From an uncultured Trueperaceae bacterium (GTDB taxonomy: Bacteria; Deinococcota; Deinococci; Deinococcales; Trueperaceae), in contig CAVSJH010000001.1 of the NCBI GenBank assembly GCA_963728245.1, forward strand, positions 493,154 to 557,153: DNA of 64,000 nucleotides, in the 5' to 3' direction. The translations under genes and the position numbers were made by a program. This document shows, in pieces, positions 28,443 to 38,183 of the stretch. Under the pieces are notes generated by a model. It worked only from the letters and a program-made list of their open reading frames with translations. It was not told the origin of the DNA and did no database searches. Position 1 is the first letter of the stretch; every line of letters begins with the position of its first letter.

Positions 28443-30387
28443 TCGCCCCCAAGCCGGGGACGGGCGCTGGCTGCTGGCGGCGACGGTCGCGCTCACGTTG
28501 GCGGCCCTCTTCTACTCGGTCTACGACGACCCGGCCCGTCGGTCGATGAGCCCGGGCGAACCTTCGCCGCAGACCTTCGTCGCACCCGTGGACGTGCAGG
28601 TCGTCGATCGGTTGGCGACCGAGGCCCGGCGGCAGGCGGCGCGCGCACAGGTGCCGGAGCTGGTGACGGCGGACGCGACGCTGCAGGGTCTGCTCCTGAG
28701 CAGCATCGTGGGCTCGGGTCTACCCGACGCCGCGCTCGACGTGGTGCTGGCGGCGTACGACGCGACCGGCGGCGTCCGCTTCGGCGAGATCGACACGATC
28801 GTCGACGAGGCCGTCGCGGCGGCGCCCGCCGACCGGCGTTCCGAGGTCCGCGCGGTGCTCGACCGGCGCTTGATCGCGACCGCGCGCGTCGACCCGGCGC
28901 TCACCGAAGCGGCCCGCGCCGCCGCTGCCGGCGCCGTCCCATCGGTGCTGAGGCGTCTCGAGGCGGGGCAGGTCATCGTCGCTGCGGGCGAACCGCTGAG
29001 CGCCGAGGTGCTCGAGACGCTGGAGGCCGCCGGGCTGTACTCGCCCCGCTTCGCTGCGTTCGGTCGCACCGCCTGGGTGGTCCTCGGCGTGTTGTTGATG
29101 GCCGCCATCGCGGCGCTGCCACTCGCCGATCTCCGCGAGCGGCTGGGCGCCGGGTACCGGCCGCTGCAGGTCACCGCGTTGGTGGGTCTCACCCTCGTCG
29201 CGCTGCTGGCCCAGCGGCTCGCGATCGAGTTCTCGCCTTCCTTCGTGCTCGTGCTCGTCGTCCCGCTCGTGGTCGCGGTGCTGGTGTCGGAGACGGCGGG
29301 GCTGCTGTGGGCCGTCTGGGTGGCCGTCGTGACCGCGCTGCTGGTGCCGTCGACGCCGCTGCTCACGCTGCTGGCAACCCTCGTGGGGGGTGTCGTCGCG
29401 GTTCGCGCCGTCCGCGACGTGCAGAGTCGACCCGCCGTGCTGCTCGCCGGCGCCCTCGGTGGGGCGGCCGCCGGGGTCACGCTCATCGCGTGGGTTCTCT
29501 TGGGCGGCGGACTCTCACCGTGGGCGGCCGCCACCGCCTTCGGCGCGTTCCTGGCCGGCGGCGTCCTGGCCGGTGTGCTGGCGCTGGCCCTCCTACCCGT
29601 GTTCGAGGTCGCGATCGGCTTCCTCACCGGGTTCCGGCTCCTGGAGCTCTCTTCGCCCAGCCACCCGCTCCTGCAGCGCCTATTGGTCGAGGCGCCGGGC
29701 AGCTACCAGCACTCGCTCATCATCTCGAACATGGTCGAGCAGGCAGTCCAGGCCATCGGTGGGGACGCGCTCCTGGCCCGCGTGGGCGCCCTGTACCACG
29801 ACGTCGGCAAGATGCGTCGACCGCAGTTCTTCGTCGAGAACCAGTTCAGCGGCGACAACCCCCACGACCGCGTGAGCCCGCACCTGTCGTACCTGATCAT
29901 CACCAGCCACGTGCGGGACGGTCTCGAGTTGCTCCGCGAGTACCGGCTGCCGCGTGAGCTCGAGCCGTTCGTACTCGAGCACCACGGCACCACGGTGCTG
30001 GCCTACTTCTACAAACGGGCGCTCGAGGACTCCGACTCGATCAGCGAGCTCAACTTCCGCTACCCCGGCCCCCGGCCCCGCTCGAAGGAGACCGCGGTGC
30101 TGCTCCTCGCCGACGCGGTCGAGTCGGCCTCGCGCACCCTCACCGAACCGACCCAGGGCAGCATCCGGGCGCTGATCGATCGGCTCATCGAACAGCGCCT
30201 GCAAGACGATCAGCTCTCGCAGAGCCCCCTCAACCTGCATGACCTCGAGGTGATCGCCGCGACCTTCGAGCGCATGCTCACCGCCATCTTGCACCGGCGC
30301 ATCGTCTACCCGAGCGCCGAGGAGATCCGAGGTCTGCGCCGTGCGGGTCGAGATCCTGGACGAGACCGGCCGCTTCCGGCGGCGTAA
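28435..30387 (+). CDS. pgpH: 7TM-receptor HD-domain phosphohydrolase (PgpH/YqfF family, c-di-AMP phosphodiesterase type)
   Basis: 650-aa ORF with an extracytoplasmic N-domain, 7 TM helices and an HD domain (HSLIISNM...[11 protein letters not shown]...[13 protein letters not shown]). Overlaps the phoH stop (ATGGCTGA). Confidence 0.88.
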   Translation: MADRPQAGDGRWLLAATVALTLAALFYSVYDDPARRSMSPGEPSPQTFVAPVDVQVVDRLATEARRQAARAQVPELVTADATLQGLLLSSIVGSGLPDAALDVVLAAYDATGGVRFGEIDTIVDEAVAAAPADRRSEVRAVLDRRLIATARVDPALTEAARAAAAGAVPSVLRRLEAGQVIVAAGEPLSAEVLETLEAAGLYSPRFAAFGRTAWVVLGVLLMAAIAALPLADLRERLGAGYRPLQVTALVGLTLVALLAQRLAIEFSPSFVLVLVVPLVVAVLVSETAGLLWAVWVAVVTALLVPSTPLLTLLATLVGGVVAVRAVRDVQSRPAVLLAGALGGAAAGVTLIAWVLLGGGLSPWAAATAFGAFLAGGVLAGVLALALLPVFEVAIGFLTGFRLLELSSPSHPLLQRLLVEAPGSYQHSLIISNMVEQAVQAIGGDALLARVGALYHDVGKMRRPQFFVENQFSGDNPHDRVSPHLSYLIITSHVRDGLELLREYRLPRELEPFVLEHHGTTVLAYFYKRALEDSDSISELNFRYPGPRPRSKETAVLLLADAVESASRTLTEPTQGSIRALIDRLIEQRLQDDQLSQSPLNLHDLEVIAATFERMLTAILHRRIVYPSAEEIRGLRRAGRDPGRDRPLPAA

Positions 30388-30799
30388 GCGATTGGCCGAA
30401 CTGCTGCGACGGCTGGCGGCGCCTTTGGGCGCAGACGACCGCGAGGTCACGATCGTGCTCGTCGACGACCCGACGATCGCGACGCTGAACGCCCGTGACC
30501 GAGGGGTCGAGGGCCCGACCGACGTGCTGAGCTACCCGCTGCACGAACCGACCGACGACGGCTTCCCGCGCCTCCCTCAACTGGGCGACGTCTTCGTCAG
30601 CCTCGACACCGCCCGGCGGCAGGCGCGGGAGCGGGGCGTCGACCCATGGCACGAGGTCGCGGAGTTGGCGGCGCACGGCCTCCTCCACCTGCTGGGCTTC
30701 GATCATCAGGACGAGGCCGACTGGGCCCCGTTCCGCTCCGCACAGGCGCGAGCGGCCGAACTCGCGCGCGACCTCGACGCCGAGGCCGCCCGCCGTTGA
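30341..30799 (+). CDS. ybeY: rRNA maturation endoribonuclease YbeY
   Basis: 152 aa from GTG 30341, with zinc motif HGLLHLLGFDH. Overlaps the pgpH 3' end by 47 nt. Confidence 0.93.
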   Translation: MRVEILDETGRFRRRKRLAELLRRLAAPLGADDREVTIVLVDDPTIATLNARDRGVEGPTDVLSYPLHEPTDDGFPRLPQLGDVFVSLDTARRQARERGVDPWHEVAELAAHGLLHLLGFDHQDEADWAPFRSAQARAAELARDLDAEAARR

Positions 30800-31176
30800 G
30801 CGCCTACGGTCCTCGTCGCTTCGCCCGGGCGGTCGGCTTCGCGTGCGCGGGCTGGGCCTACGCCTGGCGGACGCAGCCCCCGTTCCGGATCGAGGTCGCG
30901 TTCGCCGTCGTCGCGGTGGGGGTGGCGCTGACGCTCCGCACCGGGGTCGCCGCGGTCGTGCTCGCCAGCGCCCTGGTGCTCGTCGCGGAACTGGTCAACA
31001 CCGCGGTCGAGGCCGCCGTGGACCTGGCGGCGCCGACGCCCCATCCGCTCGCCGAGGCGGCCAAGGATGCCGCGGCGGCGGCCGTGCTCGTCGCCGCTGC
31101 AGGCGCCGTGGCCGTCGGCATGGCGGTCTTCGGTCCGCCGCTGTGGTCGTGGCTGGCGACCGCGCTGCTAGGCTGA
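30796..31176 (+). CDS. dgkA: diacylglycerol/undecaprenol kinase DgkA family
   Basis: TTG 30796 overlaps the ybeY stop (TTGA). 126 aa, three TM helices, ELVNTAVEAAVD motif. Confidence 0.85.
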   Translation: MSAYGPRRFARAVGFACAGWAYAWRTQPPFRIEVAFAVVAVGVALTLRTGVAAVVLASALVLVAELVNTAVEAAVDLAAPTPHPLAEAAKDAAAAAVLVAAAGAVAVGMAVFGPPLWSWLATALLG

Positions 31177-31181
31177 GCCGC

Positions 31182-31595
31182 GTGAACCCGCTCGTGGCCA
31201 TCCCCATCGACGACGTCCCCGCCGACCTGCTCGCCACCGCGCGAGAGGCGTTCGCGAACGCCTACGCGCCGTACTCGGGCTTCCGGGTGGGCGCCGCCCT
31301 ACGGGGCGACGATGGCCACGTGCACGCCGGGGCCAACGTCGAGAACGCCTCGTACGGCCTGGCGCGGTGCGCCGAGCAGTCGGCGGTGCAAGCGCTGGCG
31401 ACGGCCGGTGGGCGCGCGCTCGACACGATCGTCGTGTTCGCCGACGCGGACCCGCCCGCGACACCCTGCGGGGCGTGCCGCCAGGTACTGGCCGAGTTCG
31501 GCGCCGACGCGACGGTGTACGTCGTCAGCCCGTACGGCGCGTGGCGGACCTCGGTCGACGCGTTGCTGCCGGCCGGCTTCGCGCTGCGTCGCTGA
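31182..31595 (+). CDS. cdd: cytidine deaminase
   Basis: GTG 31182. Zinc ligand motifs CAEQSAV and PCGACRQ. 137 aa. Confidence 0.92.
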   Translation: MNPLVAIPIDDVPADLLATAREAFANAYAPYSGFRVGAALRGDDGHVHAGANVENASYGLARCAEQSAVQALATAGGRALDTIVVFADADPPATPCGACRQVLAEFGADATVYVVSPYGAWRTSVDALLPAGFALRR

Positions 31596-31644
31596 GGCGT
31601 CGCCAACGTGCAGGACGCTTCGGATCGTTCTCACCGGACCGCGG

Positions 31645-31650
31645 TACACT
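31645..31650 (+). promoter_or_regulatory. -10 box (TACACT, preceded by GG) 6 nt upstream of the TPR-protein ATG (leaderless candidate)
   Basis: GCGGTACACT-cctgcg-ATG. No SD. Confidence 0.45.
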
Positions 31651-31656
31651 CCTGCG

Positions 31657-33795
31657 ATGCAACGATCTGCCTTCCGCCTCGTCCTCGCCGCGTTCCTAGC
31701 GGCCGCCCTCGCGCTGGCCACGGCCGCGTCGGCCCAGACCGCTCCGCGGCGCGTCGTCTTCTTCCCCTTCGAGACGAGCGACTCGGTCGAAGCCTTCGGT
31801 CTCGCCTTCCCTTCCGCGCTGCAGCGCGCCCTGAACGAGATCGACGGCGTCTACGTCCCGCCCGTCGGTGATGCCGGCGTCGCACTCCAGCGCCTGCTGA
31901 GCGGCGGTACGGAGGACGCCCTGACGGTCCTCGGAGACGCCTTCGGGGCCGACGCGCTCGTGCTCGGCCGGGTCATCGGCAGCGACGCCGTCGCCCTCGA
32001 GCTCGTCGTCGTGGTCGACGGCGAGGAGCGGACGTCGCGCGTCGAGGGACGGGTGAACGACCTGCCCGCCCTGTGGCGTGCGGCGGCCGACCGGGTGATC
32101 GCCGCCGCCGAACTCGCCCCCTCGGTCGCCGACGTGGCCGCGGTGCGGGCCGTCCTGGCCGACGCGCCGTCGCTGCCGAGCCTGGTCCCGGTCGGTACCG
32201 CGGCCGCCCGCCTGCCCGGAGCCCGCCTCGACCAACTGGACGCCGCGGCGTCCCTCGACGAAGGCTCCGCCTGGGTCCGCAGCGAGTTGGCCCGCGCTGC
32301 CGCCTTGGCCGGCCAGGTCGAGCGCGCCATCGCGGCCGCCGCGGCCGCCACGGCGGCCCTGCCGTCCGCCGAGCACGCCGCCACGGAAGGCGTGGTGAAC
32401 CTCATCGCCGGCGACCGGGACGCGGCGCGGGCCGCCTTCGAAGCGGTGCTCGAGCGCAACCCCGCGCACGCGGTGGCGCTGGTGGGGCTGGCGCAGACCA
32501 CCGACGATCCGACGACGCGCGCGCAACTGTTGGCGCGGGCGGTCGACGCCTCGCCACGCCTGGTGGAGGCGCAGGTCGGCCTGGCGGGACTGCAATCGAC
32601 ACCGGCGGCCGCGGTGCAGGCCCTGCGACGCGCTTCGGAGCGGCTGCCAGACTCGCCCACCGTGCTCTCGGCACTCGTCGACGCGACGCTCGCCGCCGGC
32701 GATCCGCGCGGTGCCCTCGATCTGCTCCGCGCCGCCGCCGCTCGACCCCTCGGGCGCACCCCCACCGCGTACGGTGTGGCCGCACGGCTGCCGGACGCGC
32801 TGCTCGACGACACCCTGGCGTTCGTCCGGGAAGGCGCCGAGCGTTTCCCCGAAGCGCTCGAGCTGCGCCGTCTGGAGGCCGACCTGCTGCGCCGCTCCGG
32901 CCAGGAGGCCGAGGCGGAAGCGGTGCTGCGGCAGGTCGTCGACGCCCAACCGCGGTCGCTGGAAGACGTGACGGCGCTGGCCCTGCTGTTGGCCGCACGC
33001 GGCGAGGGTGACGAGGCGCAGGCGTTGCTCGCGACGGTGGCCGACCTCGACCCCGACGCGGACGTACGGTCGGCCGAGGTCGACCTCGCGGCCGGCCGGG
33101 CGCGGTCCGCGCTCGCGACGCTCGAGCCCGCGATCGAGGCGGGCGCCACGGACACCGCCCGCCGCACGCTCTACGGCATCGCCTTGGGTCGCGTCGGCCG
33201 CCTGGACGAGGCACGGGCCACCCTCCAGGCCGTCTTGGACGAGGTGCCCGGTGCCGCGCTGGCGGGCCGCGCGCTGGCGTTGCTCGACGAGCAGGGACGG
33301 CTCGCCGACGGAGCCGACCTGGCGCTGGAGGGCGAGGCCGCGACGGCGTTCGAACAGGGACTCGGGGCGCTCGAGACCGGCGAGTACGTGCGCGCCGCCG
33401 AAGCGTTCGCTCGCGCGCGCGAGCTCGGCGACGCGGGCCTGCTCGCGTTCTACGAGGGGTACGCGCGCCAGCGGGCGGGCGATCCGCGCGGCGCGATCGT
33501 GGCGTACGAGGCGGCGCGCGCGGACCTCGAAGGCAACGACGTCGTCCTCAACAACCTCGGCTACGCGCAGTTGCAGGTCGGTCGGTTGGATCGCGCCCTC
33601 GAGGCCCTGCGTGCCGCGGTCGAGGCGAACCCCGACAACGCGCGCGCGCACCTCAACCTGGGTCTGGCGCACTACGGTTCGGGCTCCTTCGCGCAAGCCG
33701 TGGCGTCCTTCGATCGGGCGCTCGCGCTCGACCCGACCCTCGAAGCCAGCGCAGCCGAGACGATCGCCGACGCGCGCGACCGTGCGGCGCGGTGA
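31657..33795 (+). CDS. secreted TPR-repeat protein
   Basis: ATG 31657 in ORF 31312..33795. Signal peptide MQRSAFRLVLAAFLAAALALATAASAQ. About 130-aa N-terminal globular domain, then Ala/Leu-rich TPR-like repeats (for example NNLGYAQLQVGRLDRALEALRAAVEANPDNARAHLNLGLAHY). Confidence 0.8.
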   Translation: MQRSAFRLVLAAFLAAALALATAASAQTAPRRVVFFPFETSDSVEAFGLAFPSALQRALNEIDGVYVPPVGDAGVALQRLLSGGTEDALTVLGDAFGADALVLGRVIGSDAVALELVVVVDGEERTSRVEGRVNDLPALWRAAADRVIAAAELAPSVADVAAVRAVLADAPSLPSLVPVGTAAARLPGARLDQLDAAASLDEGSAWVRSELARAAALAGQVERAIAAAAAATAALPSAEHAATEGVVNLIAGDRDAARAAFEAVLERNPAHAVALVGLAQTTDDPTTRAQLLARAVDASPRLVEAQVGLAGLQSTPAAAVQALRRASERLPDSPTVLSALVDATLAAGDPRGALDLLRAAAARPLGRTPTAYGVAARLPDALLDDTLAFVREGAERFPEALELRRLEADLLRRSGQEAEAEAVLRQVVDAQPRSLEDVTALALLLAARGEGDEAQALLATVADLDPDADVRSAEVDLAAGRARSALATLEPAIEAGATDTARRTLYGIALGRVGRLDEARATLQAVLDEVPGAALAGRALALLDEQGRLADGADLALEGEAATAFEQGLGALETGEYVRAAEAFARARELGDAGLLAFYEGYARQRAGDPRGAIVAYEAARADLEGNDVVLNNLGYAQLQVGRLDRALEALRAAVEANPDNARAHLNLGLAHYGSGSFAQAVASFDRALALDPTLEASAAETIADARDRAAR

Positions 33796-33849
33796 GGCGA
33801 ACGCCACGCGCGAACGGCGAGTGGCGGCGAGCGCGCTAGCATGGCGGCC

Positions 33850-34914
33850 ATGAGCCTCCGCCCCGAGGTGCGCGCGCTACCGCCGTACCGGTTCGAAGCG
33901 CACGACACGCCGATCAAGCTCGACCAGAACGAGAGCCCCGAGGACCTGCCGGCGCCGCTGAAGGAGGCGGCGCTGGCGCGGTTGGCGAGCGCCGCTTGGC
34001 ATCGGTACCCCGACCTCCATCCCGAAGGCCTGGCGCGCCGCCTGGGCGCCCGGCACGGCTGGCCGGCCGAGGGCGTCGCCGTCGCGGGCGGTTCGAACGT
34101 CCTCATCCAGGCGCTCGCCGTCATCGCCGGCTTGGGCCGCCGGGTCGTCACGGTGGCGCCGTCGTTCTCGGTCTACACGCTGCAGGCGCGGCTGGTCGGC
34201 GCCGAGCTGACCGAGGTCCCACTCGGGGCCGGGTTCGCCCTGCCGACGGCCGACCTCGAGGCGACCCTGGCGCACGGCGTCGGCGTCCTCTTCGTCGCGG
34301 CGCCGATGGCGCCGACGGGCAACGGTGTGGCGGTCGACGACCTCGAGCGTCTCGCCGTTGCCGCCGACGACCGGTGGCTCGTGGTGATCGACGAGGCCTA
34401 CGCCGAGTTCGCCGGCGTCGATCACGACGACCTTGCCCGGCGCTTCCCCCAGGTCGTCCGCTTGCGGACGCTTTCCAAGGCGTTCGGACTGGCGGGAGCG
34501 CGGCTCGGGTACGCCCTCGCCGATCCCGAGGTCGCCGAGGCGATCCGCAAGGCGCTGCTGCCCTTCTCGGTGTCGGCGCTGCAGGTGGCCGTCGCCGAGA
34601 CCGTGCTCGACGCGCCCGACGTGATGGCCGAACGCGTCTCGCGCATGGTCGCGGAACGCGAGCGCCTCCTGGCGGCGTTACGGACGCGCCCCTTCGTCGA
34701 AGTCTTCCCGAGCGTCACCAACTTCGTGCTGTTCCGGGTGGCCGACGCGGCGTCCGTGCACGAGGGGCTTCGGGACCGTGGGGTGCTGATCCGGCGCCAG
34801 GACCACCTGCCGGGGCTGGAAGGCTGCTTGCGCGTGAGCGTCGGCCTCGCCGAAGAAGTCGACGCGTTCCTGCACGCCTTGGACGCCGTCGCGGGGGAAA
34901 GCGTCCATGGCTGA
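33850..34914 (+). CDS. hisC: histidinol-phosphate aminotransferase
   Basis: ORF 33841..34914. ATG 33850 lies 7 nt after a TAGCAT box; ATG 33841 is an alternative. PLP-lysine region LRTLSKAFGLAGARLGY. Confidence 0.9.
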   Translation: MSLRPEVRALPPYRFEAHDTPIKLDQNESPEDLPAPLKEAALARLASAAWHRYPDLHPEGLARRLGARHGWPAEGVAVAGGSNVLIQALAVIAGLGRRVVTVAPSFSVYTLQARLVGAELTEVPLGAGFALPTADLEATLAHGVGVLFVAAPMAPTGNGVAVDDLERLAVAADDRWLVVIDEAYAEFAGVDHDDLARRFPQVVRLRTLSKAFGLAGARLGYALADPEVAEAIRKALLPFSVSALQVAVAETVLDAPDVMAERVSRMVAERERLLAALRTRPFVEVFPSVTNFVLFRVADAASVHEGLRDRGVLIRRQDHLPGLEGCLRVSVGLAEEVDAFLHALDAVAGESVHG

Positions 34915-35491
34915 ACGTCGCGCCACCGTCCACCGCGTCACCCGGGAGACCGACGTCCGTGTCACGCTCGATCTCGATGCCGGTCCGCAGGGCACGCCCG
35001 CGACCGGGCACGGCTTCCTCGACCACCTGCTCGAGCAGGTCGTCCGACACGGACGCGTCGGTCTCGAGGTGGCCGCCACCGGCGACCTCCACATCGACGT
35101 CCACCATCTCGCCGAGGACGTCGGGATCACGCTCGGTCAAGCCTGGCGCGAGGCGATCGGCGACGGCCAGGGCATCGAGCGCTACGGCGACGCGTTCGTG
35201 CCGATGGACGAGACGCTGGCGCACGTGGTCGTCGACCTCTGCGGTCGCCCTTTCCTCGCCTTCGATCCGGCCGCCGTGCCGGGCGATGTCTCCGGCTTCA
35301 CCACGTACCACCTGCGGGAGTGGCTGCGCGGCTTCGCGAACCATGCGCGTGCGACCGTCCACGTCCGCTGGCTCGCGACCGGCGACCCCCATCACGGCTC
35401 CGAAGCGGTCGTCAAGGCGTTCGCGCGGGCGCTGCACACAGCCACGCGCGTCACCGGTCAGGGCGTGCCCTCCACGAAGGGGGCGCTCTGA
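34907..35491 (+). CDS. hisB: imidazoleglycerol-phosphate dehydratase
   Basis: 194-aa ORF with TRETDVRVTLDLD, GHGFLDHLLEQ and HHGSEAVVKAFARAL. Confidence 0.95.
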   Translation: MAERRATVHRVTRETDVRVTLDLDAGPQGTPATGHGFLDHLLEQVVRHGRVGLEVAATGDLHIDVHHLAEDVGITLGQAWREAIGDGQGIERYGDAFVPMDETLAHVVVDLCGRPFLAFDPAAVPGDVSGFTTYHLREWLRGFANHARATVHVRWLATGDPHHGSEAVVKAFARALHTATRVTGQGVPSTKGAL

Positions 35492-35495
35492 CCGG

Positions 35496-36155
35496 ATGCG
35501 CACCGTCCTGATCGATTACGGCGCCGGCAACCTGCCGAGCGTCGCCAAAGCGCTGAGCGCGGCCGGCGTCGACGTGGAGCGCACCGACGATCCCGCCCGC
35601 GCCGCGGACGCCGACGCGCTCGTGCTCCCCGGCCAAGGCCACTTCGGCCAGGTCATGGCGGCGTTCGAAGCGAGCGGCTTCGAGGGCGTGGTGCGCGCGC
35701 ACCTTGCCGCGGACCGGCCGTTCCTCGGCATCTGCGTCGGGCTCCAGTTGCTCGTCGACGGCTCCGAGGAGGCGCCGGGGGTGCCGGGTCTGGGGGTGCT
35801 GCGGGGGCGGGTGGTCCGGTTCCCGGCCGGTCCCGCCAGCGTCCCCCACATGGGCTGGAACACCCTCCACCCGGTGGGCGCGCCGGCCCTGCTCGCAGGC
35901 GTCCCGGACGGCGCGTATGCCTACTTCGCCCATTCGTACCTGGTCGCGTTCGACGCCGCCGATCCCGCGGCGGACCCGACCTCACCCGGGCTCGCCGGCG
36001 CGGTCACCGAGTACGGCGGTACGCGGTTCCTGAGCGCCGTCTCGCGTGGGAACCTGCATGCCACGCAGTTCCATCCCGAGAAGAGCCAGGCCGTGGGGCT
36101 GCGTGTGCTCGCGAACTTCGCGACCGCCGCCCGTGCTGCCCGGGTGGCGAGGTGA
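35496..36155 (+). CDS. hisH: imidazole glycerol phosphate synthase, glutamine amidotransferase subunit
   Basis: ATG 35496. MRTVLIDYGAGNLPSVAKAL, catalytic GICVGLQ, and HSY...FHPEKS. Confidence 0.95.
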   Translation: MRTVLIDYGAGNLPSVAKALSAAGVDVERTDDPARAADADALVLPGQGHFGQVMAAFEASGFEGVVRAHLAADRPFLGICVGLQLLVDGSEEAPGVPGLGVLRGRVVRFPAGPASVPHMGWNTLHPVGAPALLAGVPDGAYAYFAHSYLVAFDAADPAADPTSPGLAGAVTEYGGTRFLSAVSRGNLHATQFHPEKSQAVGLRVLANFATAARAARVAR

Positions 36156-36820
36156 CGCCGCGGCGAGCCGGACGGTCGGCGGTGCTCCTCCTCTTGGGGG
36201 TGCTCGGCGCCTGGAGCGCTGCCCAGGAGGCGTGGACGGTCCAGACCGTGGCGCTGCGCGACCTCCGCGAAGCGGAGAGCCGTGCGTCGTTGCTGGGCGG
36301 CCTCGGCCTGCCCGCGTACACCGAGTTCACGATGAACGACGGCCTCCAGTACGTGCGGGTGAGGATCGGTTGTTTCTCGACGCGCGAGGTGGCCGAGGCT
36401 TGGGCCGACGTGCTGCAGCAGGCCGTCGTGGACGAGGCCGTGGCGGTCCCCATCGAAGGGGGGCTACCGGCCGGCATCGCGTGCGTGACCACCGATATCG
36501 GCTTCCGCAAGCCCACGAGGTGGGACCTCGTGTCGACCGCGAACGAGGAACCGACGTTCGAGGTCGTGATCGACGGTTCCTCGGCGTACCTACGCTATGA
36601 GGCCGACCATTGGCGGATGTGGCAAGGCGTCGCGCCCGACGGTCTGCTTGCTCTGCCGTCGCGCGTCGTGGCCGCGCGCCTCGGCGGCCGACCGGTGGTG
36701 CGTGTGGTCGACGGTCCGGCCCTGTGCCCGGGACGGCTCTTGGGCGCCTCGGGCGAGGTGGCGATCGTGGAGATCGGCGACCTCGTCGCGGCCTGTCATC
36801 GCGCCGCGGCGTCACCGTGA
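36152..36820 (+). CDS. secreted protein with SPOR-like N-terminal domain
   Basis: GTG 36152 overlaps the hisH stop (GTGA). Signal peptide AVLLLLGVLGAWSAAQE. Segment WTVQTVALRDLREAE...QYVRVRIGCFSTREVAEAWA resembles a SPOR fold. The C-terminal half is unassigned. Confidence 0.55.
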   Translation: MTPRRAGRSAVLLLLGVLGAWSAAQEAWTVQTVALRDLREAESRASLLGGLGLPAYTEFTMNDGLQYVRVRIGCFSTREVAEAWADVLQQAVVDEAVAVPIEGGLPAGIACVTTDIGFRKPTRWDLVSTANEEPTFEVVIDGSSAYLRYEADHWRMWQGVAPDGLLALPSRVVAARLGGRPVVRVVDGPALCPGRLLGASGEVAIVEIGDLVAACHRAAASP

Positions 36821-36863
36821 TGGGGTGCGCCCGACGGTTCGGGTCCGTGCTCGGGTGGCGCGC

Positions 36864-38183
36864 GTGACCCCCGGCGAACGCTGGCGCTACGTCGCCTCGT
36901 GGCGCCACTGGCTGACGCCCGGCATGGGCGTCAAGCGCCACGTCGCGTGGGCCGTCGCCGGCGCGCTGCTCTCGTCGGCCGGGGTCGTGATCGTGCTCAT
37001 GTGGGCTCTGGGCGAGGGTCGCCGTGACCTCACGGCGCCGATCGAGAGCGTGCTGGTGAGCCCGGCGTGGGCGAGCCTCGGGGGTTGGGCGGGCGGTGCG
37101 CTGGCGATCGGCGGCGCGGTGATGGCGGTCGGCGCCATCGGCCGGCTCAACCGCTCGCTCTTGTCGAACTGGTTCCCGCGACCCTTCGAGGCTGCCGAGG
37201 TGCTCCACCGACGACTGCGGCTGGCGCGTGGCCCCCGAATCGTCGCGCTCGGGGGCGGCACGGGGCTCAGCCTGTTGCTGCGCGGGCTGCGCCCGTACTC
37301 GAGCAACCTGACCGCGGTGGTGGCCGTGAGCGACGACGGTGGATCGTCGGGACGGCTGCGCGCGGCCTTCGGGATGCCCGCCCCCGGAGACCTCAGCGAT
37401 TGCCTGGCCGCCCTGGCCGCCGACGAGGTCGCGCTCGGTCGGCTGCTCGAGTACCGCTTCGAGCGCGGCCGGGAGTTCCAGGGCCACACGTTCGGCAACC
37501 TGCTCATCGCGACGCTCAGCGAGGTCGAGGGCGACTTCGGCGACGCGTTGCGGTCGGTGAACCGGCTGCTCGAGCTGCAGGGTGCGGTGTGGCCGGCGAC
37601 CGCGCGTCCCGTGTCGCTGCTCGTGGAGAAGGCCGACGGGCGCGTCGTCGAGGGCGAGAGCGTGGTCCGCGAGACCGCGGGCGCCAGTCGGCGCATCGAG
37701 GTGCGGCCGGCCGACGCGGAGGCGATGCCCGAAGCGCTCGAGGCGATCGCCGCCGCCGACCTCGTCGTGCTCGGCCCCGGTAGCCTGTTCACGTCGACCC
37801 TGCCGCCGGCGCTCGTGACCGGCGTCGCGGACGCGCTCCGCTCGACGCGCGCACGGGTCGTCTACGTCGTCAACCTGATGACGGAAGCAGGCGAGACCGA
37901 CGGCTTCGATGCCTGGGACCACGTCGAGACGCTCCAGCGTCACGTCGGGCGCTGGCCCGACGTCGTGATCGTCAACGATGCGCCCATCGACTCGGACCGC
38001 CTCGCGGCGTACGAACACGAAGGGGCCTTCCCCGTCCACGTCGACGCCGAGCGCTTGCGCGCTGTGGGCGTCCTGCCGATCGCGGCCCCGGTCCTGGGCG
38101 CCGGCCCCCATGCCCAGCACGACGCCCACGCGCTCGCCCGGCTGCTCGTCGACCTCGGCTCCCGGCGCGGAGGCCTCCGATGA
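36864..38183 (+). CDS. yvcK: YvcK/GlmR (CofD-like, UPF0052) family protein with N-terminal TM extension
   Basis: In ORF 36597..38183. GTG 36864 is the chosen start; ATG 36924 is an alternative. IVALGGGTGLSLLLRGL, VVAVSDDGGSSGRLR and GHTFGNLLIA are present. Confidence 0.88.
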   Translation: MTPGERWRYVASWRHWLTPGMGVKRHVAWAVAGALLSSAGVVIVLMWALGEGRRDLTAPIESVLVSPAWASLGGWAGGALAIGGAVMAVGAIGRLNRSLLSNWFPRPFEAAEVLHRRLRLARGPRIVALGGGTGLSLLLRGLRPYSSNLTAVVAVSDDGGSSGRLRAAFGMPAPGDLSDCLAALAADEVALGRLLEYRFERGREFQGHTFGNLLIATLSEVEGDFGDALRSVNRLLELQGAVWPATARPVSLLVEKADGRVVEGESVVRETAGASRRIEVRPADAEAMPEALEAIAAADLVVLGPGSLFTSTLPPALVTGVADALRSTRARVVYVVNLMTEAGETDGFDAWDHVETLQRHVGRWPDVVIVNDAPIDSDRLAAYEHEGAFPVHVDAERLRAVGVLPIAAPVLGAGPHAQHDAHALARLLVDLGSRRGGLR

